DNA of 64,000 nucleotides from Camelus dromedarius (taxonomy: Eukaryota): positions 36,396,001-36,460,000 of the forward strand of contig NC_087436.1 in assembly GCF_036321535.1 (NCBI RefSeq), read 5' to 3'. Shown piece by piece: positions 24,761 to 39,029 of this stretch (the stretch's first letter is position 1; each line of letters starts with the position of its first letter). The notes below the pieces were generated by a model, which made no database searches, was not told the DNA's origin, and saw only the letters and a list, made by a program, of their open reading frames with translations. The position numbers and the translations under genes are program-made.

Positions 24761-27659
24761 AACAATGCAAATACATACAGACACCCAAATTCACCTTGTC
24801 ACTCCACACAAAAGCAAATGGTATAAACCTTGAAATGTTTTCTCAGTTCTTTCATTCCTGGACTTCAGAGAGATTTCCACTACCGAAATCATTTCTAAAA
24901 GGAGCTTTGGGACCAGGAAGACCATTTCTCCTTGGACCTACAGAACTCAGTGTAAGAAGAACAGGATTGTTTGAAACCTGCCCTGGTGATGTTAGCCACT
25001 GTCTCGCTCACACACGAGCAGCTGAGAGAATTCTCAGGATCCTGAATGGGCAGAGTGCCTGGCCACTGGCTTCTGGGAAAGTGACCTTAATCTAGTTGGG
25101 GTCCTTTAGCCAGGACACTGTTACCCTTTGTCCTTCATTTAGGATGAAGCCAGAAATGCACTGCGGATTTCCTTACCTGTGAAATAGTTGTAATAATTCC
25201 AGCACCTCTAACATCACAGACGGCTCACAAAGATAAATAAGTCAGAAAGTCCCTTCTAAAGTGTTTACACATTTGACAATGGAGGAGCTTGTTTTCAGAC
25301 TTAGTCTGCCACTAGTGACCATTAGCTTGTGCTGAGTTCTCGTTCACCTCATTCCGTTCAAGGGATTTCTTTCACGATGAATAATGGCTCATGGGGGACC
25401 CTCTTTTCCACAACCTTGGCCTCACTGAATTGTATTTTAATTCAAAGTTTCCTAATAGGTCCAAAAGTGTTCCTAGGGATTGACACAGAAGAAAGACTTG
25501 AGGTTGCAGCACGTTAATTAAACACATCAGATAAACCATCTTTTTTAGCAGCCTCTGGTCACACCTCCTCCTTCTCAAAGTTTACCAGTATCTTCTGTGT
25601 AATGCAGCCCTCCTCAGCACAGCTGAGGAGCAACCAACCAGCCAGCAAGGATCCACAACCCCTTGTTTTTGATGGCCTAGCGTCTCTTTTCCTTCCTCTG
25701 CTGTTAGAACCCTTCTCTTTCTTTGGGAATCAATTCTTGACCAACTCTCAGTCCTTGCGGTCAACTGGGGGTGGTCTCACCCCCTCCCCAGCTCCACAGG
25801 TAGGGACGTAACACAAGCCAGAGCATGGAGAGGCCTTCCTGTAACTTCTGTTGTAATTATTTAGAGAAATGGTCTCTTCCTACTGGGGTTGTTAAGCTGA
25901 TACAGGATTTAGGCTGGAGCTGCCAGTAGTCATCTTTGGGGAGTGATTTCTGAGCACAGAGAAAAGCAGAGTGAAAGAGAGAGAGAGAGATTATGCCTGA
26001 AGGTTCACCATGAAGCTGAATCATGTAACACAATGAATCCTCTCCTCATAGATAAACTAGTTCCAATTGTATTTTTGTCACTTCTGACCAAAAGAGCCTT
26101 AAATTAGACTTAATAGACTCTTCAATGCCAGCACTTTAAATTACCTTAAAAATAACTTTTATAAAAGTGAGATAATATCCTGATCCTTTACCAAATCTTT
26201 GGTTAAATAAAATTGAGGTGTGAAACTCCATCTAACAGTACTCCCTCTGGCTAACCATCTGTGGAAAACAAAAATGTAGAATCCCCTCCATTTACCTTTG
26301 AAAACAAGGTTATGAAAGCTGCCAGCCAGAATTAGCTCTTGACAGTAGGATGGTCCCTTGCAGGTGACGGAGCCCGAGATGCAGCCTGTCCCTAGCCGCC
26401 AACCTACACATGCCTTGTAGTAAAGGCTATATTACCACGGAAACAGCAGAAAGGACCAGAACCATGTAGAAGCGTTACACTGAGTAAAAAGTTCTGAGAT
26501 CCCACAACTATTTGCACCGTTTACGTTCTCTCTGACAATCAGGAAACACTACTTTATCAAGTACTGGTCAGCATCATATTACAACAAATAGAATCTGAGG
26601 TCATACCTTCCATTTTTTCTTATCTCGAGTGCATTGCTGCTCCACAGAGCTAGGAAATTCACTCGGGCTGGACTGAAAAGTATTTTTTCGTATTCCTGCC
26701 TGCAGGAGTGAGGAGGGCCATGGCCATCATATCTGCTATTTCAAGTCAGAGGTTTACTATAATCATTTTAAAAATAAAATAAGAAATAATGTATCATTAT
26801 TTCCTATTTACTATGTTAATCCGTAATTTGGGACTAATTGCCAAAGGGCTGGTTTTTATTATTGACATCACTATAAATTAATGGCAAAATCACTGAGCCT
26901 GGAGAAAAGAGGAGCATAATTTTCTCCTGTGATTCTCAGGACACTCTTCAAGTGACTGGCCTGAGAAAACCAATGTTCCATACGAGAACTGCTAAAAAGG
27001 CAGTCCCTCCCACCCTGGTGGTCAAACTTGTTAGTTTTATTAAGTTTATTTATTCAGTTAACATTTATTGAGCACAATGTGCCAGACACTGTAATAGGCA
27101 TTAGGGAGACCTGAATAAGTAGATCATATCCTAAAGAGTTCAAAGTCTACTGAGAGAGACATATAATTATATTCATAATTATAGTATAATAAGACATTCT
27201 GTGATAGGTGAATGTTCAAAATATAATAGGAAAACTCTTGTTCTGAATGGCGGAGTAGTTTTTATTCAACCAACTCTCCCATAGATTAAACTGCTTCAAA
27301 ACCTTGCATGGTCCCTGAACTCTGCACATACAGAGAAGACTTCAAAGAGCCCAGTGGATAGTTCAGGGACCATCCAAGGACTTGAAGCAGAATATGTGCC
27401 AATTTAGACGTTTCCTAATTGTGGCTCTCCCATTTTTGGTCTTCCCTCCCTCAATTCCCAGCTACTATAACATTCTAAATTATGTCTTGTGACAACTCAA
27501 ATCAATAGACTGAAGCCTTCTGACTGAGTTCTGGTTGCACCCCACCTTATGGATTGAAGGAGCCCTCAAGATAAAAGTCACATAAATGGAGCACTCAGTA
27601 TAGTTTCCTTCATTCAAGAGTCAAACTTCTTCACTTTTTGCCTGCTTTTGATTTTCAGC

Positions 27660-28993
27660 AAACTATAAATAGTAGCTTTTCATGCTTTATCAAAAGTGAA
27701 GGTAAAAAGGCATTCTCAAATAAACAAAAGCCTATAGAATTCCTACAAGAACTATTAAAAGAAATTCTAACTAAAGGAAGTGATAGCAGATGAAAACTCA
27801 GATATACAGGAAAGAATAAATAACCACTGGAAACAGCAGATATATGAAAATATAAAATAGCATATTTTTTTCTTCTTGTAATTTCTTTGAAAGAAAAATA
27901 CCTGTTTAATGCCAAAAATTATAACATCTTATTGTGGAGATTATAAAAAACATATGACAACAGCAGCACATAAGATGGTATAGTGGTAAATTGAATTACA
28001 TTGTTTCAGGGTTCTTAAATTTAATACAAAATGGCACAATATTAACTCTACATAGGCTATGATAAGTTGAGGATGCATGTTGTAATCTTAGTAGCAACTA
28101 AAAAAGATTCAAAAAATAGCTAAAATTGGGAGACTTAAAATGGAATAGTAAAAATGACTAACCTAAAAAAGGACAGGAAAGAAGGAATATAAGAACAAAA
28201 AGCAGATAGGAGAAAGAAAACACGTAGGAAAATGACAGACTTAAATCCACCAACATATAACTAATTCCACTAAATGAAAATAGACTAAACCTTCTATTTT
28301 AAAGCAGAGACTGTTAGGTTGCATTAAAAATAAGACATAACCACATGCTTTCTACAAGAGACATCCTGTAAATATAAAATCAGACAGATTCAAAGTAAAG
28401 GAATGGAAAAGGGTATAAGAAACTAAGTATAAGAAGGTGTTAATATCAGACAAAATAGATTTCAAAACAAGAAATATTACCAGTAAAAGAAATGAATATT
28501 TCATAATAATAAAAAGATAACTTCATTAAGAAGACATAACAGTTAGGATGGTGTATACATCTAATGTAGAATTTCAAAACAGATGAAACAAATACTGACA
28601 AAACTAAAGGGACAAATAGGTATTTTAACACACTTCCCTCAGTAACTGATAGAACATTGAGTATACAGAAGATCTGAACAACACTATCAACCAACTTGAT
28701 CTAACTGCTCTTTACAAATCATATACCCAACAACTTCAAAGTACATATTCTTTTTAAGTGTGCATGAAACAGTCACCAAGATAGGCCGCATCCTCAGTCT
28801 TAAAATAAATCTCAAAAGAAATATATCTCAAAACCTTAGAGTATATACATATTTTACCACAATGAAATTAAAATAGACATTATTACTACTAAGATGTCTA
28901 GATACGTTCCAAATATTTGGAAATTAAGAAACAGACTTCTAAATAACCCATGAATCAAAGAAGAAATCACAAGAGGTATTAGAAAATATTTTA

Positions 28994-29032
<39 letters not shown>

Positions 29033-30625
29033 ACATCAAAATTGTGGGATGTAGTTAAAGCAATGTGTAGAAGGAAATTTTTAGCATTATATACTTTTAT
29101 TAGAAAAGAAAAAAGGTCTAAAATCAGTTATCTAAGATTCCACATTAAGAAGCTAGACAAAGAGGAGCAAAATAAATCCAAAGTAAGTAGAGGGAAGAAA
29201 ATAATGAAGAAAAAAGTAGAAATCAATGAAATAACCAGACAAATAGAGAAAACCAAGAAGAGCCAAAATTTATTCCCTGAAAAGATTAATAAAATTGACA
29301 TATCCCTAGCAAGACTGATGAACGAAAAAGAAAGTATACATAACCAATATGAATAAAAGAGGAGAAATCACTACAGATTCCACAGACAGTATAACAAGTA
29401 AATATTATTTTAAATACTTTATATCAATAAATTTTTAAAAATGAGATGAAATGGACAAATTCCTTGAAAGATAAGTTTACCAAAATGGACACAAAAAGAC
29501 AAAGAATAGCTGAAAAGCTCTGTATCTATTAAAGAAAAAAATGTCTCACAAGGAACACTCCAGGCCCAGATGGCTTTCCTAGTGAATTCTATCAATTGTT
29601 TATGGAGGAAGTTATAACACGTTTGCACGAACTCTTTTAGAAAACAGAGGATGAAAGAATACTTCCAAACTTATGAGGTCAGCATAATCCACATTCTAAA
29701 ATCTGAGAAAAATCTTTTGAGAAAATAAAATCACAGACTAATATTCTTCACAAACATAAATGCAAAAAAACTTTAAAACTGGTATATATTATCCAGCAAT
29801 ATATATGTTTATTAGATTATGACCAACTACAGTAGTTCATGCAAAGAATGCAAGGATTGTTTAATATTAAAAAACAATCAATATAATTCACCATATTAAT
29901 AGATTAAAGGAGAAAAAGCAAATCATTATTTTAATAAAAGATGCATAAAAAGCATCTGATAAAATTTAACACCATTCCTGATTTTAAAACAACAAAAAAC
30001 CTCTGCAAATTGAAATAGAAGAAAACTTCCTTATTCTGATGAAGTGCAGTTTTTAAAAACTTACTGCTAATGACAAACTTAATGGTGAATTATTAAACTC
30101 TTTACATTTAAGGTCATGAGCAAGGCAAGGATGTCTACTATCACTTTTATTCAAAACTGCCTTGGAAGCTCAACAAGTATAATAAGGCAAAAAATACATA
30201 GAAATTACAAACATTGGAAGGGAAAAGCAAAACTGTTTCTATTTATAGATTGACATGACTGAGAACATAGAAAATTCCATAAAATACAAAAAAATTTACT
30301 GGAACCAGTAAGTAAATTTATCTTGGTCTCAACATACAAGGTCAATATACAAAATCAATTCTATATATGCCAGCAGTAAAAACTGGGAAACGAAAAATTT
30401 TAAATCTCATTCATTATAATATCAAAGTTGTAAAATGCTTAGCATCATATTCAATAAGAGACACAAAACTTCTAAACTAAATCTTCAAAATATTGTTGGG
30501 AGAAAATTAAGATCTCCGTAAACGGAGAACTGTATTATGTTCATGAATTGGAAGACTGAATATTGCTAAAAGTCAATTTCCCCCTCAATTTATCTATAAA
30601 TTCAGTGCAATTACAATTACATTCA
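27660..30625 (+). mobile_element. Old degraded LINE-1 (ORF1 end to ORF2 EN/RT region)
   Basis: A-rich strand with ORF2-like remnants (MWDVVKAMCRRKFLAL...EKINKIDISLARL; ccaggcccagatggcttt; caaggcaaggatgtc). Many stops and frameshifts. Confidence 0.85.
28997..29031 (+). repeat. (TAA)n microsatellite, about 11 units
   Basis: Direct reading. Confidence 0.95.
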
Positions 30626-31695
30626 TAATCCCAGTCCCTTTAGCAGGAGGGTCTTGGAAGAGGAGCCTAAAGAGGGAAGTAGGGACAAGTTGGAAAGGGC
30701 CTCATGGATTAAGAAATTTGAAGTTCATCCTGAAAGCTGGAGAAAGCCACTGAGGCATTTTATGTTGGCAAAAACAAACCAAGAGCAGAGGAGAGACTGG
30801 GTGTGAAGGGATCTCATCCAGGGCCAGGAAAGTCATGCTCTAAAGAGGTACCACACAAGAAGTGATGAGGTCCCAGCCAAGGCAGAAAGAGACACCTATG
30901 GGGAAAGAGAAATCTTTAAGAGATTAAGGAAGTAGAATCTATACGTTTAATGCAGGAGTGGGTGCTAGGATGGGTGAGAGGGAGACGATTAGGTTGACAG
31001 ACGAAATGTGAGTCCTGAAGGACTCCATTCCTCCTGTTTTCCCATTAGCCTGTTATTAGCTTAAGGGAGTTGGTGGCACATAGGGTACCAGGGCAGCTGT
31101 GAGTAAAAACTGGATGACAAGTGGGTTTCTCAATTTAGCTATACATGTCAACTAACATGAAAGGGAGAGCAAAATATGTTTTGCCTTGCAAAGTTCAGTT
31201 TTTAACTAAGGTGAAAGAAAATGAATGTAATGCAAAAAAAAAAAAAAAGTCTAATTTACAAAAAAAAAAAAGCAACGGTGAAATAAAGCTAACATTTATT
31301 GAATATTTACTTTGTGCCAAGCACTATGTTAGGCACATTTTATGCATTTTCTTGATAAATCCTGGCACCAGCCCTGAGAGAGTAATATAATCACGGTCCC
31401 ATTTTTCAGAGCAGGAACTGAGATTGCCCAAGACCATTCAGCTTGCTAGTGGTGGAGGCAGGAGCCAAGGATGCACGGAGAGCTGCTTTGGTCACCCGTG
31501 TAAGGTTGTTAGTGCCAAGGATACATCAGGTGATTTTCATTTCTGACCTCACAGCCCTCAGTGATTTGGAGGTAGAAGGTGGAAAGATTGTTAAACAGAA
31601 GCCAGAGCTGGGAAGGGATGAGGAGAATTGTTCATCAACTGAAACATATTCCTCTGGACTTGCACTTCAGAATGTTAGAGATAATAAAATCCATC

Positions 31696-32152
31696 TGTTA
31701 TGGACTAAACTGTGTCCCCCCTGCCAAATTCATACACTGAAGCCCTAACCCTCTAGTATCTCAGGGTGTGACTGTATTTGAAGATAGAGCCTTCAAAGAG
31801 GTGATTAAGTTAAAATAGGTGATAAATTAAAGAGTGGGGTGGGCCTTAAACCAATCTGACTGTTTTTTGTTTTCTTGCTATTGTTTTTTTATGGAGGTAC
31901 TGGGGATTGAACCCAGGACCTTGTGCATGCTAAGTATGTGCTCTACCACTGAGCTGTACCCACCCACCCTAGTGTTCTTATAAGAAGAGTTCAGTGATCT
32001 GCAAGCCAAGGAGAAAGACCTCAGAAGACACCAAACCTGCTGACACCTTGATCTTGGACTTTCAGCCTTCAGAACTTGAGAAAATAAATTTCTGTTGTTT
32101 AAGTCACCCAGTCTGTAGTACTGTGCTATGGCATCTCTAGCAAACTGATCAA
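31696..32152 (+). mobile_element. MaLR MLT1A-like solo LTR
   Basis: tgttatggactaaactgtgtcccc...gtgactgtatttgaagatag...ccttgatcttggactttcagcc...aataaatttctgttgtttaag. Interrupted by a SINE. Confidence 0.85.
31862..31969 (-). mobile_element. tRNA-derived SINE, camelid Vic-1-like
   Basis: Minus strand GGGTGGGTGGGTACAGCTCAGTGGTAGAGCACATACTTAGCATGCACAAGGTCCTGGGTTCAATCCCCAGTACCTCC plus an A-rich tail. Pol III A-box and B-box are present. Confidence 0.8.
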
Positions 32153-32411
32153 CCGCACATCAATCCATCTACCCATTCCCTTGTTCTACCTTATGTGCTA
32201 AGCTGAAGAGACACATAAAACACTAAACAAGAACCATTTCCTTATCTCCTAAAGAGAAAAATGGGTAAAGAACAACTATAACATCTAGCATGTAGTGACA
32301 ACTGTTTTGATAGCTTTATGTTCAGCTATCACATAGGCATTAGACAAGGTGTCCTGGGGGAAGTGACATTTAAACTGCAGGCTAATGACTTGTAGGAATT
32401 ACTAGATCTAG

Positions 32412-32593
32412 AAGAGTTTTTCAAGCTGGCGCTACTGACACGTTGTGCGGACTTATCTTGTGCATTATAGGAGATTAAGCAGTATATCTGGCCTCTACCA
32501 CTTAGATGCCAGCTGCTCCTTAACCCTAAGTTGTGACAACCAAAAATGTCTCCAGACATTGCCGCGTATCTCCTGGTGGGGCAAAATCGCCCT
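32412..32593 (-). mobile_element. MER20 MITE
   Basis: ctggcctctaccacttagatgccag...gttgtgacaaccaaaaatgtctccagacattgcc...gggcaaaatcgccc. Confidence 0.8.
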
Positions 32594-34220
32594 CTAGTAG
32601 GTCTAGAGGGTAGTTATGAGCTTGTAGGCAGAAGCCACAGCACGGAATCTGGCCACAGACAGCATGGCCATTCAGGAGGCTACAACCTTCCATATATTCC
32701 TATAAATGGACAAACGAGGGCTCGAGAAGGCTCAGTGACTTATGCTAGACTATGAGCTGGTTAGTGTAACCAGAAGCAAGTGTAACAGTGGGAGGAGTGG
32801 GAATAAATGCAAATCCAGAAGAAATCTTTAATATGAGGCTTGTTTCTGTGTTTTTTTAAAGAAAAATAATACGAAGCTGTTGCCTGTTGCAGCATTTGAG
32901 ACTGTGGGTCAAACATGTTAAGGGTTTATTTCCTATGCCTTGGAGCAGCAAACTAGAACTGCTGAAGTAAACCTGAAACAACAGGGAACCTGATGTCTAT
33001 TTTCATTTTTCAAAGGAATAGTCTAAGATTCATGCCTTGGTAACTAGTAATTAGCCAGTAACCGTGCATGCGTGTGTTTGGCTGGGGCAGATGCTGAAAT
33101 TTTAGCTAGCAATGCCATTATGTGCTGTGATGGGGAAGCAGGCTGCAGACCTGTGCCTGGCTGGTGGGACAGTCCACCGTGGCAGGAGTGCTGAGAAGAA
33201 AGCATCTGGACATGTGGGAACTGAGTGATGGTCAGTATAAACATTCTAGCTCGCTGGCACAGTTGTTTGCCTAGAACGATACCTAAATGAAAACAAGGGT
33301 AAAATGATCCCACAAAGGTGACTTGTTTTTCTACAGTCACAATTTATGGCAAATATTGCTGGATGCCAGGGGGTACCTAGCATTTCCTGCTGGAGCCCAG
33401 AGCTCCATGAGGCATTGACAATGGCAACATGAAAAGAGGCCTCTCTTATTGCCGTGGAGGGTAAAGGCAGGACATACACAAGTCTCAGAATCAGAATCTG
33501 GGTTGTAGAGCTTCCTTTTGGGAGCTGACTGAGAAACATCTCCAGGAATCTTTGGGCGGTCATGCTGGACCCCGTGCTGCCTTCACCCTCTCCTCAGTCC
33601 TTATGTAGAACCTCTGGCTTGAACAATAAACTAATCTTTCCTCCTGCTGAGAAGGCACTCAACAAATGTTGACAAGAATGAGGTTTTCTTGTGTGTTTCC
33701 TGGTCCTGGAGGAGGATTCTGCCTTCTTTTGTTTTCTGTCGTCATCCCATCATCCCATTTTCCCTGTCAGTGACCCACCCTCCATTGGAAATCCTACAAC
33801 ACCCAATAGAACTTTGTTGTTTGCTGTGCAGGGGTGGATAGTTCACATGTGTGTGGTTGGAGCAGGGGAGGAACCTTCCCCCAGAGCTATCTGAAAGGTG
33901 TCCCTCACTCCTTTAAGTAGCCTGGAGTCTATTCAGGGAATCTCAGAAGGTTCCACGGAGCACGATTTGAAAACCCCTGCTCTGGTCCAGTGGTTAGGCT
34001 ACAGACTAGAAAGCAGAGGGCCAAAGGGTCTAAATGTCCTGCCCAGGCTGCAGATCTCTAGGGTGGCATTGCCTGAACCAGATTCTACATTCCTTCCTCA
34101 CATCCACCAGGTGCCTTGAACCACCCCTTCCAGAGATTAAAGTATTTCCTGCTCTAGGCCCTGGGTATACTCACTGGTTGGATCCAGAAGGCTAGAGTCA
34201 AATATTCCTGACACCATATA

Positions 34221-34873
34221 TGTAACCTAGTAGGACCCTATGGGGCCTTCGCAGGATAGACCTCCCCTTCCCTTCCCTACCGCCCCCCGCCATGTCCTCC
34301 ACCTGCCTCCTGTTTATAGAAAAACTAGCCTCCTAGGCCTTCCCTGAGTTTCAAAGAATAAACTTAATTAGAGAAGTGAGAAAATGCAGAAACAAAGGAA
34401 AACAGTCAAGCAAGTCAAACTAATAATAGTTTAGCCATTAAACAAAGTCAAAGACCTTTAGTTCCTCCTCAAGGGCTATAGATAATATTCTGAGCCATAT
34501 CCTTTGGGCTGTTTTGCAGATACTGAAATGCCCACCAGCTGGAAGAAGTTAACTGTATGCTGCCCACAAGCACGTAGATCCCAGACTGGTTGGAACCAGA
34601 AGGTTGATGATACTGACTCCCAATTACCTCACCCCAACCAATCAGAAGAATGTCCATGAGCTGATTACACACACTGCAACCCTCTCCCTCACCCTGTCTT
34701 TAAACACCTTTCCCTGAAAGCCATCAGGGAGCTCAGAGTTTTTTAGCATTAGCTTCCTATACTCCTTGCTTGGCACCTGCAATAAACATTACACTTTCCT
34801 TCATCACAACTCAATGTCAATAGATTGGCTTTACTGCACACAGGCAAGCAGACCCAAGTTTGTTTCAGTAACA
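34221..34873 (+). mobile_element. ERV1-class solo LTR
   Basis: TGTAAC...GTAACA termini, 4-bp TSD TATA (34217-34220 and 34874-34877), CCAAT box near 34638, AATAAA at 34781. Confidence 0.88.
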
Positions 34874-35227
34874 TATAGAAATGGTAAATGAAGTTGGTTG
34901 ACTGACTGAAGATTTAAACAGTATTAATGAAATAAATCAGTTTAACAAGGTCACCACTCCCTTTGGTCACTATGGCACAAACCACTATTACTATGAGACC
35001 AGCTCTCAGCTTTCCAGGTTAAAATCATGAGGACCAGTCATGGAATCATGCACTACACTCTGCTCATCCAGCAGCCTTGGAGATGCACATCAGATCCACC
35101 CAAAGGCTGCTCTTTCCATGCTCCACTCTGGTATACTGTTAATAGGGGCAATAAAAACTGCAATCTCTAGGTATATACTTTGTCTGTCTTGAAGGAGATC
35201 AGACTGTCTCATCCTCAAATAGGCCGC

Positions 35228-36232
35228 TGTAAGAGAGGAAAGAAAATATGCTTTCCATTCTGCCTTCCTAGGTTTAATGGCTAGGACTCTGTAAATTAGT
35301 CTGACAAAAGACAGCTTAACAAGAGAAAAGCATATTACATATATTTACGTAACATATGTTTTATGTAACATGGGAGCCTTCATAAGGAAATGAAGATCCA
35401 AATAAGTGGTTAAGCCTGAGCATGTTTATACTAGGTTTGATGACATCTGGAAAGCCATGGGAAAATATGATAGGGCAAAAGGCATGTGAATGAAAAATAT
35501 TGCCAGCCATATCAGTAAACAAAGAACGCTGTGGCCATCAAGTCATCAGCGGCTACTGCCACCCCCAACAGTGAGTGGAGGGAACTAAGGATGGAGATAA
35601 GCAGGCATCCTGGACTTCTGCTGCCACCCACACTATGCACCCTGAGGGAACTCAGAATGGGAACAAACAGGACACTGGCCCTAGATAGTGAGGTGCTTAT
35701 CAAAGGAATGATTTAAATGAGCCTAGAGTTTTGCACCTTCCCATACATAGAAAAGTGCTAAATTCCTTAACTTGAGATATCTGACTTTCTTTAACAGTAA
35801 TCTTTTCATGTTCTGACTACCTGGTCTTTGTGGCAAAACACCTATGTATTCTGGCTCCCCTGCCTCTTAGAGCGATCTGAGAGGCTACCTCCCAGGTTCA
35901 AGTCCTCAGAAAGTTTGCCGAATAAAACATAACACTCAACTTATAGACTGCATTTTACTTTAGTAAGAACTAAGGGTAGCAAACTGGGGGAAACTTAGCA
36001 AGGCCTGTTGGTTTGGATTCCTCTTGGCAACTCTGTCTTCAGAGATAAGGATATTCCTTTCTTCCAGATATAGGGAGGGCAGCTCTCACATGAGGGTCTT
36101 AAAACCTGCTTTAGCAGGGACAGGGGAGGTCAGAGTCCTTCCTGGATCTGCCACTTCTCAAATTCTTTCACATTAAAATATTCAACATGCCAAGGGGTCA
36201 TATTTTAAGGTGGTGTGTCCTGAACGCTTTTT
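35228..36232 (-). mobile_element. MER34/MER39-like ERV1 LTR, reverse orientation, nested
   Basis: Minus strand begins gttcaggacacaccaccttaaaatatgacc and ends tttcctctcttaca. Confidence 0.6.
35485..35969 (+). mobile_element. Innermost ERV1-type LTR
   Basis: TG start (tgtgaatgaaaaatattgccagcc), internal repeated gggaactmaga/gg unit, AATAAA at 35921 followed by a short U5-like tail. Confidence 0.6.
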
Positions 36233-39029
36233 CCACTTTGGCATAAAGATTATTTCGAGTTGAAGACATTCGAGATTCAATGGCTGTAGAAAGAAGCTAT
36301 CCCAGATCTTCCCTTATTGGACGAACAGCAGAAACTCCTGAGAAATAAGGACTGTCATAGATCCCCTATCCCAGGGAAGTTTTATGGCCATGAAGACGGA
36401 AAGTTGGTATTGAGATGAACCTGCACAAACAAACCTTGCTAAGATAGCCCTTACTTTCTGTCAGTTTCCCCCATATATTTACCTTCTCATAGTTTTCCAC
36501 ACTTGAAAGCCCCAAACCCTTTTCCTTTGTCTTGTCACACCTCCACAATCTACCATCCTTTCTTAAAAATGGCATATAAACTCTCAGGAATATTCACTTC
36601 TTTATGTCCTCACTTCTTTTCCAGGAAGGCCCCCAAAGTTAACATCAAATAAAATTTGCATCCCTTTTCTTCTGTTAAGCTGTCTCTTGTCATTCTAATT
36701 TGCAAAGCCCCAGGTAATGAACCTAAGAGGGTAGAGGAAATCCCCTCTACCCCAGTGTTTGTTTATGTTACTTCACTATTTATTTTGTTCTTTATGCTTG
36801 CTGTTCATCTATGTTCACTGATGGTTAACATTTGGCAGTGTTTGCTCTATCCATTCATCTATCCATCTAGCCATTTATTTATTTTACTGAATCATTTGAG
36901 TTACTTGTAGATATCATGGTACTTCATCTCTAAATAGTTCAAGACTCTCCAAAAACAAAGGCTTCTTCCTATACAAACATGATGATCACACTTAGAAATT
37001 TAACATTGAACTAATACTATTATTTAATACCATGCTACTCAAAATGTGGTCCAAGGGCCAGAAGCATCAGACTTTACCCCTAGGAACTCTCCGCTGGTGT
37101 GTGTGTTTGGACAGGGGTAGGGGGTGGGTGGAAATCTGTCTTTATAGAACCCTCAAGGTGATTCTGACTCTGTACTAAAGTTGGAGAGCCATGGTTCTAG
37201 ATTAAAAGAGACTTAGGAAACTTGATGACTAAATGCACGTCCAATAAGCTGCTAGGGGATGCTGATGCTGCTGGCCTGGGGACCATGTTTGGAGAACTAA
37301 TCTAGAATAATTCCCCAATCTTTTGTTTTGTTTTTAAAATTACATTAACTTCTTTTTGAAGAGCCCAAGCCAAATGCATTGCAAAATATTTCACAATTTG
37401 CACATACATAATTGTTTTCTCACTGTTAGATTCAGATTAAATGATTTGGCAGGAATACAACAGAGGCAGTGCTGAGCCCTCCCAGTATGGCACATCAGGA
37501 GACACTCTTTAATGCATTTGCAGCTTCAGCTTCCAGCCTTTCTCCCTCTGCCCATCCCACCCACTTCCCCAGCAGGGGTGGTGTCAAAAGAAGTCCAAGG
37601 AGACCTTTACCTGCACTCACATTCTTCCTGGCGCTGTTGACAGGAGCGACTGTGAAGAACTAATGGGAAAGCTGAATACCTGTTGCAACAACTTTCCTTG
37701 ATCCATCTCCCTAACTCAAACCCCAGTGATACAAAACAGTACACCTATGTTTGTGAAAGTCCTCCCTACTAAAGATGAATCACCTGTTTGCCTCGGAAAT
37801 GAAAAGGAGACTAATTCAGGCAAGCTCTGTTGCCAAAAATACCCTATGGAGGATGTTATACCAAAAAACAGAAAGTGAGCAGAAGTCAACAGAGAAAGAC
37901 AGAGGGTGTTATGACAGACCTACAAAAGTCCTTTTGAAGATAAATATAGGTAACAGGGTTTGAACCTCCTCTGGAAAATAGCTATCAGTTCAGTGAGCGT
38001 CTTCCCTTTACTGTCAAAGGGAATCTCAAAATAGAGTAAGAATCTTTTTGTCCAAAGATACAAACTTCATAAAGAAAACTCACAGAATAAACCGATTGAA
38101 GAGAAAAATAAGAATACATGACTTTTGTGAGGAATGAGGCATTAAAGTGGACTAATGAGGAAACATTTTAATATTTCAAAGGCAAAGAAATAGAGGGAGA
38201 GTAGTTCTTGAGACTAGCCAAGACAGCCATAAAACTCCTAGTCAGTAGGAGCTGCAGGACTCAAGGTCTATCCTTAGAACATTTTTGAGAAGGACAATAC
38301 AAGAACTGTAAAATAAATCTGCCCCTAGGCATGCTGTGACTTCCACTGAAGGCAGGGCTGTGGGTTGTGCCTCATGTCCCCAGTCTCTAAGCTGGGAGGC
38401 AGCTGGTGCAGCCCCCCACCTCCCAAAAAAAGAAAAGCCTGCCAAACCCCGGTGGCTGGGAGAGTCAGTTTTCTCCAAACCTGGGGACACTTTGGATCTC
38501 ACTTCCATAGCCCGAGACTCTAAATGTGGTGGAGTTTCCAGACACAGGCAGAGCTCGAACACTCAGCCACTCTGTCCCAGAAACAGCAAGCATAATGAGA
38601 GTTTTTACACATGACCTCCAACCTTATCTTTTAGGTCTGATGTGTTGTTATTAATTAAGGGCAATTACTGGGAGAAAGGTTTAAATGCAAGCAAAGTGGC
38701 GGGTTTAGTCCATGAAATTTAGGGGACTTTTATAAAAGTTGCCAAAGACAAGCTGACCTCATCTCTCCAGTTCTGTCTCTCCTGTACCCCTCTGCAATCT
38801 GCAGCCCAGGCATTCTGAACCAAGCTAACAACAAACTCTTGCCCCCAGGTCTTTGCCCCTGCTCTTCCCATCATCAGCAGGTTCAGTTCAGATTAGATAA
38901 TCTCTTCTGCTTATGGTCTTGTGTGTGTCTGTCTCTTCCTCTAAGCTATAAGCTCCGTGAAGGCAGAAACCCTGTTTTGTTCCACTTTGAAATTTCAGCA
39001 TGCCTGGCACATGGTATTAACTATGATAG

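Larger units (their letters stand above)
35190..36754 (+). mobile_element. MER34-like ERV1 LTR split by nested LTR insertions
   Basis: 5' part tgaaggagatcaga...caaataggccgc (35190-35227) resumes at ccactttggcataaagattatt (about 36233) and ends gaacctaagagggtagaggaaa...cccca. Confidence 0.65.

Noticed and set aside
31895..31969. tRNA gene
   Set aside because: The A-rich tail and imperfect stems indicate a tRNA-derived SINE.
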